IMG/VR virus record: IMGVR_UViG_3300037991_001521
Coordinates: 1 to 64,000 of that record
DNA from: an uncultured virus (IMG/VR IMGVR_UViG_3300037991_001521)
Taxonomy: Duplodnaviria; Heunggongvirae; Uroviricota; Caudoviricetes; Autographiviridae
Strand: one strand, 5' to 3'
DNA: 64,000 nucleotides
Both the position numbers and the translations under genes were made by a program. Numbering within the stretch: the stretch's first letter is position 1; every line of letters begins with the position of its first letter. The notes beneath the pieces were generated by a model. That model did not search any database. It was not told the origin of the DNA and saw only the letters and a list, made by a program, of their open reading frames with translations. Below are positions 42,835-51,891 of the stretch, in pieces.

Positions 42835-45800
42835 GAGTATGCAAGGGTAGCTACAGCGTGAATAGAGGTGGAAGAGCGGACGATGTAGTCGATCCGATCA
42901 ACGCCATTTGCGGTAGTCGTGAGCGTGGGTGCGGCTCCGCCAGCAAAGTCCCAATAAGAACCAAATGCAGCTGTACGGGAGCCAGTTCCATCTTGAACAA
43001 TGAAGATAGAACCGGATTGACCAGCGGTTAGGTTGCTGGGATTAGCAATGGTTGTGTTAGTTCCGAGCGTGACTGTGAAGTTACAGGAATTGGCAAAGTT
43101 AGGAGTAATGGTTGAAGCGCTGGAAAGCGTATCGATTTCAGCGACAGCACCTCCCTGAGCAGTAATAACGCCTTGAATGTTTGCAACACCATCAACATCC
43201 AAGCTGTCGCATTGGACCTCGCCTGTTACGTCAATGCCGTCTGATTTGGTGTTAAGTTTTTCGCTTCCATAATTGTAAAGACGAACCTTTCCATCACTGC
43301 CGTCGCAAAGAATATAAGTGGTAACAGTGCCGGAACCGTTATCAGTTTGCAAATATATGTCTGAATTATCTGCATTATTTCTAATAATAAGGTTGTTTGT
43401 GTTATTATGAATGTTGGAATTCGTTCCATCGTGCCAAATCTGCAGGTCATCACCATTGCCCAGTCTCAACCTGTCGTTGTCATGCAGATCGACGTTGCCG
43501 TTAAATATGGCACTGCCATCCGCCCTGATTGCTGAAGTAACAGTTGTTCCATACCAACCTTCCCATACATTTGAATTACTTGGATCTGCCGTACTGCTCG
43601 GTCTTGCAGCACGAACACCTCCAAAGCTTTCAAGCGATGCACCGGTGCCATCAACGCCTCGGGCAGTGCCTGTTTGTACGTCGCCAGAAAACGTCCCCGC
43701 GCCTGTTACGTCAATGCCGTCTGATTTGGTGTTAAGTTTTCTACTTCCATAGTAATAAAGATCAACCTCACCTGTGCTCCCATCACACTTTACGTAAGTA
43801 GTAAGGCCACCAGAACCATTGTCTGACTCAAGATCAATATCTTGGTCATTAGATGTATTTCTAATAATTAGCCTGTTAGCACTATCCTGACTTATAAAGC
43901 TTAAGTTGCCATCGTGATAAATCTGCAGGTTACCATCAGTGCCAAATTTTGCCCTGGCATCGTCTTGAATTATTAAAGAACTATCGCTTTTATCCCATTT
44001 AAAGTTACCTACATCTCCTGTAAAAAGAACGTCTCCATCGCTGTAAAGAATAGTCGCACCGCTGGCAATGGTTACGTTGCCAGAAAATGAGGGGCTGGTG
44101 TCTGTGCTCGCCGCAGTCAGGCGACCATCAGCATCAACAGTAAACGACGGCACACCACTTTGGCTTGCGCCATAGGTTCCGGCAGAAACAGAAGTGCTAG
44201 CAAGCTGTGTAGCGCCAATAGAACCGGCAGTAACAGCAACAGTAATCTGTCCGTTACCAGGAGTGTTGTCGCTAACAGTGATACCAGTACCACCAACAAC
44301 ATCGCTAGTTAGGGCTGTGTCGATCTTGGAATCGATCGTGCCATCAACGTACGTTTTGTTGGTTGCATTATCACCAGAAGTCGGAGTAATGGTGTTAAGC
44401 TGACCCGTCATGGTTGCACCAGACGTGGTGACAAAACCAGTGGTGTCAGTTACACCAGTAACCCAGGCACTAGAAGACGCATCGTAAATTTTGAGCGTGT
44501 CAGCAGTTGTGTCAAACCACAGGTCACCGTCATCCAAGGACGTGGTAGGTGCGGTTGCACTAACGCGATAACGAGCAGCAAAACTATTGACGCTGCTCAT
44601 ATTGGTAGCAACGGTGTTTACGTTACTAATAGAACCTGCAACAGTGTTGACATTGCTAATAGAGCCTGAAACAGTATTGATGTTACTGATGTCGTCTGAG
44701 CAGTTGCTCATTGCCGTGACATTACTGGACGTAGCCAGTGTGTTCATGTCAGACACAACATCGGCAGTACCAAGTGTATTTAGGTCTGCAACAACGTCGG
44801 CTGTTCCAAGAGTATTCATATCGGCAACAGCATCAGCAGTACCAAGGCGACCAATTTCAGTAGCCCTCCCTGCAACTGCAGTTACATCAGAACTGATTCC
44901 CGCAACTGTCGTTACGTCAGAACTGATTCCTGCAACAGTTGTGACATCAGAACTAACACCAGCAACCGTAGTTACGTTGCTAGAAATACCAGCAACAGTA
45001 GTAACTTCAGTAGCTTTAGGAGTCAGGCGATGGAATGTGTAGGTATGCAGCGTAGAGGTAGTTTCTACGATTGCACCAAATCCAGCAGACAGAACAGTAG
45101 TACCACAGCCAGTAATCGTAACGGTGTTAGAGCCAGACCCATTAGCAATGGTGACAGTACCGCTAGACGGAGTACGGCTAGTACCAATCTCCTTAATACT
45201 GATCAGAGTGCCAGCACCATCGTTGACATCAGGGTTAGAAGTCGGGAAACTGGTTTCACTTGCAATTGGTACGAAACCACCAACATCATCTACTAGGTCA
45301 ATAACACGTGCATCAATAGCTGCAGTGGTTGCAATACGAGCATCATTACTGCTCCAAGTGTCACCACTTTCAATAGTTTCAGAACTGTCTTGGCGGAAAT
45401 AACGTGCATCAGATGCAGAGGTTGTGAAGAAACTAGTATCGTTAGTAGTTGCAGCACTATGCTCACTGTTAGTGACAACAGTAGCACCACTCATTTTGGT
45501 TGTGTCAACCGCTCCGCTAGCAAGTTTAGCGTTAGTTACTGAACTATCACCAATGTTAGATGTACCACCTGTAAAATTATCAACATAATTTTTGGTTGCA
45601 GCATCTTGTGCACCAGTAGGATCACTGACACTTGTGATGCGGCTAGACTCAACGTCTACAGTACCCGTACCATGGGGGCTAATAACAACGTTTTCGTTAT
45701 TAGAATCACTGACAATCTTCTTACCGTTGACATCCAGGTTTTCCAGCAGTGTTTGTACAGACAAAGCACCTGCAGGAATGTTAACAAAACCAGTTTGCTG

Positions 45801-47867
45801 GTCAACAGTGAATGTTTCACCAACTTTAAAGGTACCTTGATGATCAGTAATAGCAGCCCAGACCTTACCGTTGTTAAGCTCTTTGATCTGCTTAGTGTCA
45901 TCAGGCACACCGCCGTTCTCAGGCAATGCAGAATAATCAGTACCACTACCCACGTACTCCATCGTATGACCGCTAGAAGCAATCATCGAACGCAGGAAGA
46001 ACGACACAGAAGCACCGCTACTTACAGCACCATTAAGACCGAGGTTTTGTGTACGGTCGCTGGTGTCAGGACGGCTAATAGTTACAGTCCATCCGCTGCC
46101 TGCAGCAACTGCTGAAAGCACAGGATACGTGTTACCGCCAATGTCCACAAGCATGTTGTCTTGCGGGCGAGTTGCAGAACCATGCCAACCAGAGGCAGCT
46201 GTAGGAGCGTCAATAGTAAATGTAGTAGAACCATCAGCAGCAGAGGCTGTGGTGCTTGCAGTAAAGATTGCACTGGTAGACCGACCATCAGCAATTAGCG
46301 AAAACTCACCAAAGTCAGAAGTTGATGCAGCCAAGTTAGCTTGACCACCATTTAAGCAAGCAATATGAAAATGGTTAAAGAAAGCATAGCTACTTGTACA
46401 CTGTGCATAACCATTGTTGGTCACAAAAATGCCAGGTGCATCTAGACCAGTGTGGGTATAGCTATCAGCAACAATAGACCGGAGAGGTGAGTCGTCGTGA
46501 GGCGTAGAGCCATCAACTAGCAGACCACCGCCAGTAGGAGCAGAGTCCAAATCACCGGCACGTCCCTTGTCTTCTGTACCAGCATAGAATGCCAGGTTGC
46601 TGTTATCAATCTCAGAATCAGAGAAGTTAGTACAGTTCTGGATGTACGGAGACTTGTAGATCATCGCGTCGGGATAGAACGAAACGTTCCAGCCCTGAGT
46701 TGGCGGAAGACCATAAGTAGAATCTTCCCACAAGGATCCAGTGTCACCGCGGGTACCACTAGCTTTCATACCCGTAAACGTCATGTTATGCAGGTATGTG
46801 CCGCTGTTTACACGGAACAAGCTATTGGTTTCAGTAGCAGCAGTCGGGTGTACGATAACGTTACGGATAGAAGCACCAATGATTGCAACATCACGCTTTT
46901 CAATGTCAATAGGTGCAGCTTCCTGATAAATACCAGGTGCAACCAAGACAACACTACCATCACCATACGTTGAATCATCGTTAATTGCTTCTACAGCACC
47001 TTTAATACTGGCTTTTGGTGTAGAAATACGGTGACCATCGTTGGTATCGTCACCATTGATACTATCAACATAGATAACTTTTTCAAGTTTGGTAAACGTA
47101 CCACCAGAGGTAATGCCTTCCCAGCTTGACCCGTTCCATACATGGAAGGTTTTGTCGCTATCATTTTGATACCAGAACTTACCGGTTTGATAAGTAGAAC
47201 CAGCCGGTGTACCAGTTTGAATTAGTGTATCGTGACGAGTCTTGGCTGCAAGAGCAGTAAAGATATTGGTATCTGCAGGAGCAGGAGACTGTGCATCTTG
47301 CTCTGCATTGTTAATAATGTCACTATTTTTCAACCGGTCAAGGTCAATAGTGTTTTGTGCTAGACCTAGCGTAATAGTGCCGTCACCATCATCTGTAACA
47401 GTAACACCGGTACCATCAGTACCGATATCGTTAGTGATTGCGGTGTCAATAGTGGCAGAGACACGGTTGTCAATTGCTTCTGTAGTAGCAATCTGTGTGT
47501 CAACACTTGACCACGTCTCTCCACTTTTAATAGTTTCAGTGTCAAAGTCCCACGTAGATTCTCGTAGTTCTTCAACAGCAAAGTTGTTTTGAGTAAAGTT
47601 ATCGTTTAGATCTTCTGCTTTAATAGCAGAACCTGCAAAGAACGTAGCCTTAAGATTAGATACATCCGTCTCACGATAAATACGGATTTTTGCATTGTTT
47701 GCAGGTGCAGTAGTGAAGCTAAGGGTGGTAGCGTTGGCAAATGTAAATGCAGTTGTGGCAGTACCGTCAATGGTGACTTTGACTTCTGCTTCTTTGATGT
47801 ATTCAAATGTAAAAGAATAGTTCGTGGTTGAACCATTCCCTGTGTATTCAATAAAAGTGTTAGCCAT
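42831..47867 (-). CDS. Long tail fibre (gp17-like, 1678 aa), copy B
   Basis: T7 fibre N-terminal domain, beta-helix-like region (IYVDSINGDD...APGIYQE), DAATKNYVD motifs, VTTVAG repeats. Confidence 0.92.
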   Translation of the reverse strand: MANTFIEYTGNGSTTNYSFTFEYIKEAEVKVTIDGTATTAFTFANATTLSFTTAPANNAKIRIYRETDVSNLKATFFAGSAIKAEDLNDNFTQNNFAVEELRESTWDFDTETIKSGETWSSVDTQIATTEAIDNRVSATIDTAITNDIGTDGTGVTVTDDGDGTITLGLAQNTIDLDRLKNSDIINNAEQDAQSPAPADTNIFTALAAKTRHDTLIQTGTPAGSTYQTGKFWYQNDSDKTFHVWNGSSWEGITSGGTFTKLEKVIYVDSINGDDTNDGHRISTPKASIKGAVEAINDDSTYGDGSVVLVAPGIYQEAAPIDIEKRDVAIIGASIRNVIVHPTAATETNSLFRVNSGTYLHNMTFTGMKASGTRGDTGSLWEDSTYGLPPTQGWNVSFYPDAMIYKSPYIQNCTNFSDSEIDNSNLAFYAGTEDKGRAGDLDSAPTGGGLLVDGSTPHDDSPLRSIVADSYTHTGLDAPGIFVTNNGYAQCTSSYAFFNHFHIACLNGGQANLAASTSDFGEFSLIADGRSTSAIFTASTTASAADGSTTFTIDAPTAASGWHGSATRPQDNMLVDIGGNTYPVLSAVAAGSGWTVTISRPDTSDRTQNLGLNGAVSSGASVSFFLRSMIASSGHTMEYVGSGTDYSALPENGGVPDDTKQIKELNNGKVWAAITDHQGTFKVGETFTVDQQTGFVNIPAGALSVQTLLENLDVNGKKIVSDSNNENVVISPHGTGTVDVESSRITSVSDPTGAQDAATKNYVDNFTGGTSNIGDSSVTNAKLASGAVDTTKMSGATVVTNSEHSAATTNDTSFFTTSASDARYFRQDSSETIESGDTWSSNDARIATTAAIDARVIDLVDDVGGFVPIASETSFPTSNPDVNDGAGTLISIKEIGTSRTPSSGTVTIANGSGSNTVTITGCGTTVLSAGFGAIVETTSTLHTYTFHRLTPKATEVTTVAGISSNVTTVAGVSSDVTTVAGISSDVTTVAGISSDVTAVAGRATEIGRLGTADAVADMNTLGTADVVADLNTLGTADVVSDMNTLATSSNVTAMSNCSDDISNINTVSGSISNVNTVAGSISNVNTVATNMSSVNSFAARYRVSATAPTTSLDDGDLWFDTTADTLKIYDASSSAWVTGVTDTTGFVTTSGATMTGQLNTITPTSGDNATNKTYVDGTIDSKIDTALTSDVVGGTGITVSDNTPGNGQITVAVTAGSIGATQLASTSVSAGTYGASQSGVPSFTVDADGRLTAASTDTSPSFSGNVTIASGATILYSDGDVLFTGDVGNFKWDKSDSSLIIQDDARAKFGTDGNLQIYHDGNLSFISQDSANRLIIRNTSNDQDIDLESDNGSGGLTTYVKCDGSTGEVDLYYYGSRKLNTKSDGIDVTGAGTFSGDVQTGTARGVDGTGASLESFGGVRAARPSSTADPSNSNVWEGWYGTTVTSAIRADGSAIFNGNVDLHDNDRLRLGNGDDLQIWHDGTNSNIHNNTNNLIIRNNADNSDIYLQTDNGSGTVTTYILCDGSDGKVRLYNYGSEKLNTKSDGIDVTGEVQCDSLDVDGVANIQGVITAQGGAVAEIDTLSSASTITPNFANSCNFTVTLGTNTTIANPSNLTAGQSGSIFIVQDGTGSRTAAFGSYWDFAGGAAPTLTTTANGVDRIDYIVRSSTSIHAVATLAYS
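43220..43740. repeat. 41-nt exact direct repeat (43220..43260 and 43700..43740) in tail fibre B
   Basis: cgcctgttacgtcaatgccgtctgatttggtgttaagtttt twice, 480 nt apart (KLNTKSDGIDVTG). Confidence 0.95.
44590..45010 (-). repeat. Tandem 10-12 aa repeats in tail fibre B
   Basis: VTTVAGISSD-like x5, ADxNTLGTADVV-like x3, SISNVNTVAG-like x3. Confidence 0.9.
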
Positions 47868-47886
47868 TACGCTTTAGTTTTGTTTG

Positions 47887-50800
47887 TTAGTAGGAATACT
47901 CTTCCATCATTTTCAGGAACCTTTCAGCAGCTTCAAAGTTTTCTGCTTCTAAATAAGCTTCGACTGTTTGGTTAATAGCCATTTTACGGGCTACAACGTC
48001 CTTGTCAGAAGACAAAGCCGATGCCATTCTCATGGCAAGCCGGAGTTCGGCGTCAAGCAACCTATGGACTTGACCTACATCATTTATATCTGGCTTAAAG
48101 CCCATATTTACAGCCTTCATGTATTTTTTCCGAAACTCTTTTCCTGTCGTTGTCTTCATTACACGCTTAATTCCTTCCTTGAAAAAGCCTCTTTGACCCA
48201 TAATGTTGGTGATTTCTGAGCGTTGATCAGGTGTCAACTCAACACCACGGCCGTTTGTACGCAATCTAGGCAAAGCATCATACTCAACCATTTGCAAAAA
48301 CTTTTTCTCGTCAGAAATTTTTCCGCTAATTTTCCAAGGCATGTAATTATTCCAGACACGAGTCATGAACCCTTCGTACGTATTGCCAGCCTTGTCTGGA
48401 TAACCAATTCGATCCCCGTCAATCCAGTCGTACTTCTGTGGAAGTTGACTTCTAAACAGTGGTAGGCGGTTACGTGCCATGTCAAGAATAGTTGACTCTA
48501 CTTCTTTGAGTCCAGGATCCATCAAACGACCCATTTCTGCCATCAAACTAGATCCAGGCACATTTGCTGCAACTGCGAATTGACCTCCCCAACGGCTCAA
48601 CGCACCAACATCACCACGTGCAACATCCATGAAAGGCTCTAGACCAGCCATAAATGATTTGTCAGTAATTGATGCTGCAAGAATAAATCCAAGTTTGCGG
48701 AATTGTTCTGCCATATCGTTTGGAGTCAATGAATCCATGTTGTCAGCAACGTCAGCTACAGCAGCAAACCAATTGCTTACAGGACCAAGGTTGTCGTAAC
48801 TAATCCAGTTACCACCTGGCAAACGAATCGAACGTGGTTTCCAACCCGTTTCACGACGCAAAGCTTGTTTTTGTTTGTCAGCAAGTCCGTTGCCAGTAAT
48901 TCTATCGGTTACAAACAAACCAAGAGCACCCATAACTGTAAGAGTGCCAATAGCTGTTCGCCCATACAAATCTGCACGAATCTCACCGTACCGCATGTAT
49001 TTTTCTTCCACACTCATCTTGTTAACTTCCATCTCTTTCATGCCGCGACTTCTGAGAATATCGTCAATCTGCTGCATTGGAAGTTCGTTAGGCTTCATGC
49101 GGAAATCTCTGTACTCCTTCATAAACAAATTATGGGGAGAATAAGATTTTGCAAGAATAAGATCGTTAATAGGAGTCTTGGTAAACAACACAAACGGCTT
49201 GAGTACAGGGAAACGTGAAATAAAACCTGAAACGCTGTTTGTCAACTCGTTATCCAAAGACATTGCAAGTTCACCTGCAGTATGCCTGACAATTTCATCT
49301 TTGATAAGACCATCTTCATCAAACATTTCTTTTTTAATTTCAGCATACATGCTTTCAGCAAGTTTGCCGTCAAACTCTTTAGCACCGTTGTTAGTAACCT
49401 TATCAAATGCACGTCCACGAATTTCTGCGTGCATAATCATGTTTTGAGTAAAGCCGTCAAGCGCCTGCATAGCCCTGTTACCAAAACGGAGCCAAGGATG
49501 GTTTGCCAAGTCGTTCATGGCTTTAATGCGTTCAACTGCAGCGAGTGGTGCTGAATCACCTTCTGCGTCTTTTGCAACAGCAATTGCTTCTAAAATCTCA
49601 ATTTGCTCTTGGTTCTTCATCGTAATGTTTTCACGCTGCAAATCAGCAACGTTCAGTTCTGTAGCACTGCGTTTGAAAACATCACCCATATACTTCAGTG
49701 AGTCCTGAAGGACTTCAAAGTTTAGGTTATATTGATAAAGAGCACGACGCATGTTTGCGGTATCGCCTAATAGCTGACTGCCAATAAGTGCACCTAATGG
49801 TTTTTCCACCAGACCAGCCATGTTACTAAAGCCAGCCTTTATAGGGGTTGCAAAAGCACTCAATGTAGAGTTATAAACATTAGACCAGAATGCGTTCAGG
49901 ATTACTGATTGTGTTCCAGGATCATCGTTTACCAGTGAGTTTCTAAAAATACCAGTAGATTTTTTGAGGAACTTATTTAATGACACCATTGTGTTTACTT
50001 TGCCATCAGTAAACTCATATGCCATAATTAAAGGTGCAAAAAACTCTGGCTTTTCTGTGCGAATTTCACGAAGTGTATCGGCTGTGAACTTTGCATCGAG
50101 ACGAATCCTGTCAATTGCACGCAAGGTTTCGTTTGATTCTTCCTTAAGAATACGGTCAATACGCTTGGCATAAGCAGCTTGGTTTGCCTTACTGCCTGAT
50201 GCAGTTAAACGATTCCACATGTTGGTAAGGTTGAGCGCCCGACCACGGATATATGCAGACCGACCACGCATTGCCATAAGGTATTCAATGCGGTCAATGA
50301 TTAAATTCGATGCATTATCAATAGCAGGCGTGCCCTCTGTCATCCGCACACCTTGTGCAATGTCAGAAACTTGACCAGCAAGAGATGTCGCAAGATACGT
50401 TTCTGCTTTGACATCATCCAGATTCATCAAATCAGTAGTGTATTGTTTAATCATTTTTCGGGCAGCTTCCATGCCCACTTCACTTAGGCCTTCTACACCA
50501 GCACGCCGATCAACAATACCAGATGCTTTGACGTCTTCCATGAAAAGCTTTTTAACTTGTTCCCAAGGAAGTTGCATATATTCTGTCGCCATTTCATCGC
50601 CAACCTTGGCAATGTCAGCAGCAGTGGCATAGTCTCCATTAGGAAACTTGACATCCATTTTTGTGTCTTTTAGCTGTGAGCCAATGCCTTTGAGCATGAT
50701 AGTCATGTCCTTATCAAGCTTCAAGCCGTCTTTAAGGAAGGGCTCAGTAATCATGCTACCTACTCGGCCATTCACGCTTCCGCCTTTATTAGTAGCAACC

Positions 50801-51891
50801 TGCCACGCATCTACTGCAGCAAGGTTTACATCACCATCTAACGAGCGTTGAACAACTTCCTGTGCACCGTATAGATCGTGGACTCCGTAGATTGGCTCTG
50901 ACAGGGCAAGCTCAACATCACCGCCAGCCTTTTCAACAGCTTCGTCTAGATTCCATTTGCCAAGATCGTCTAAGGCTTGTGAGCGTTTAGCAGCCGAAAA
51001 ATTAACTGATTCTTCTGGATCAAGAGCTTGTTCTGCATTGTATTTAGCAGCATACTGACCAGCTTTTTCGTTTTTAGGAATGTAGTTTGTAGTCAGTCCC
51101 CTTCTACCGTTAAGAAGTTTTGCTGCACCGACTAGCAAATCAGTACCTACACCCAGATAAACACCTTCAGTAACGTTCTTGGCACGTTTCATGTCAGCAC
51201 CATCAGACGCTAGAGTTGCTAGGTCATCAGGAATCCAACCATAAAATCTAGGCCAGGTTTGTTTAAGAACACCAGTAAGGTTGTCGTCAGTTTGATTGAT
51301 CTCAACTGTGTAGTCAACAAAGGCACCAGTACCAGCACTGAATGCCATGCCTCCTACTTTTTTGACCATAGGGTCTACAAGAAATTGAAGCTTAGACGCT
51401 TTAGACGCTTTAGACGCAATAGAAGCAGCTCTGCCTGCCAGAGCAGCAGTCCCTAGTCCACTCAATCCAATAGTAGGAATGATGATAGAAGACATTTCCC
51501 GTACTGTTTGTGTGATTTCACTTTCAAACTCAGGAACTTTTTCAATCTCTACACCAGGGACTAGGTTGAGAAGGTCAGCACCAAAATCAAGAACACCGAC
51601 AGGTGCTGCCGCAGCGAGTTCACCTACAAATTCAATTGCAGATTGATCGTCCTCGTCTTCATCTTCGTCGTCTTTTTCTTTTTCCTCTTCTTTGAGAGTA
51701 GTTTCTACTTGTTCAACTTTTTCTTCTGGTGTCAAAACTTGTGGTTGTGCAGGTTCAGATGTCGCCGTAGCTTCATCAGTATCTTCAGTTTCTTCCTGCT
51801 TTCTGAGTTCTTCTAAAGCTTTCTGTTGCTCGATGAACTCCGTATCACGGCTAGGTAACCCTTCCGTAAAATTGTTTAGAAATTCATTCAT
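47887..51891 (-). CDS. Internal virion protein gp16-like, copy B
   Basis: Homologous to 2541..6803; start refined to MNEFLNNF (51891). Confidence 0.8.
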   Translation of the reverse strand: MNEFLNNFTEGLPSRDTEFIEQQKALEELRKQEETEDTDEATATSEPAQPQVLTPEEKVEQVETTLKEEEKEKDDEDEDEDDQSAIEFVGELAAAAPVGVLDFGADLLNLVPGVEIEKVPEFESEITQTVREMSSIIIPTIGLSGLGTAALAGRAASIASKASKASKLQFLVDPMVKKVGGMAFSAGTGAFVDYTVEINQTDDNLTGVLKQTWPRFYGWIPDDLATLASDGADMKRAKNVTEGVYLGVGTDLLVGAAKLLNGRRGLTTNYIPKNEKAGQYAAKYNAEQALDPEESVNFSAAKRSQALDDLGKWNLDEAVEKAGGDVELALSEPIYGVHDLYGAQEVVQRSLDGDVNLAAVDAWQVATNKGGSVNGRVGSMITEPFLKDGLKLDKDMTIMLKGIGSQLKDTKMDVKFPNGDYATAADIAKVGDEMATEYMQLPWEQVKKLFMEDVKASGIVDRRAGVEGLSEVGMEAARKMIKQYTTDLMNLDDVKAETYLATSLAGQVSDIAQGVRMTEGTPAIDNASNLIIDRIEYLMAMRGRSAYIRGRALNLTNMWNRLTASGSKANQAAYAKRIDRILKEESNETLRAIDRIRLDAKFTADTLREIRTEKPEFFAPLIMAYEFTDGKVNTMVSLNKFLKKSTGIFRNSLVNDDPGTQSVILNAFWSNVYNSTLSAFATPIKAGFSNMAGLVEKPLGALIGSQLLGDTANMRRALYQYNLNFEVLQDSLKYMGDVFKRSATELNVADLQRENITMKNQEQIEILEAIAVAKDAEGDSAPLAAVERIKAMNDLANHPWLRFGNRAMQALDGFTQNMIMHAEIRGRAFDKVTNNGAKEFDGKLAESMYAEIKKEMFDEDGLIKDEIVRHTAGELAMSLDNELTNSVSGFISRFPVLKPFVLFTKTPINDLILAKSYSPHNLFMKEYRDFRMKPNELPMQQIDDILRSRGMKEMEVNKMSVEEKYMRYGEIRADLYGRTAIGTLTVMGALGLFVTDRITGNGLADKQKQALRRETGWKPRSIRLPGGNWISYDNLGPVSNWFAAVADVADNMDSLTPNDMAEQFRKLGFILAASITDKSFMAGLEPFMDVARGDVGALSRWGGQFAVAANVPGSSLMAEMGRLMDPGLKEVESTILDMARNRLPLFRSQLPQKYDWIDGDRIGYPDKAGNTYEGFMTRVWNNYMPWKISGKISDEKKFLQMVEYDALPRLRTNGRGVELTPDQRSEITNIMGQRGFFKEGIKRVMKTTTGKEFRKKYMKAVNMGFKPDINDVGQVHRLLDAELRLAMRMASALSSDKDVVARKMAINQTVEAYLEAENFEAAERFLKMMEEYSY

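Noticed and set aside
43220..43740. Diversity-generating retroelement TR/VR pair
   Set aside because: No reverse transcriptase in the window; both repeats are in frame in one gene and flanking differences are not adenine-specific
44590..45010. CRISPR-like periodic repeats (also 1470-2000)
   Set aside because: Degenerate in-frame codon repeats of fibre proteins, with no unique spacers or cas genes
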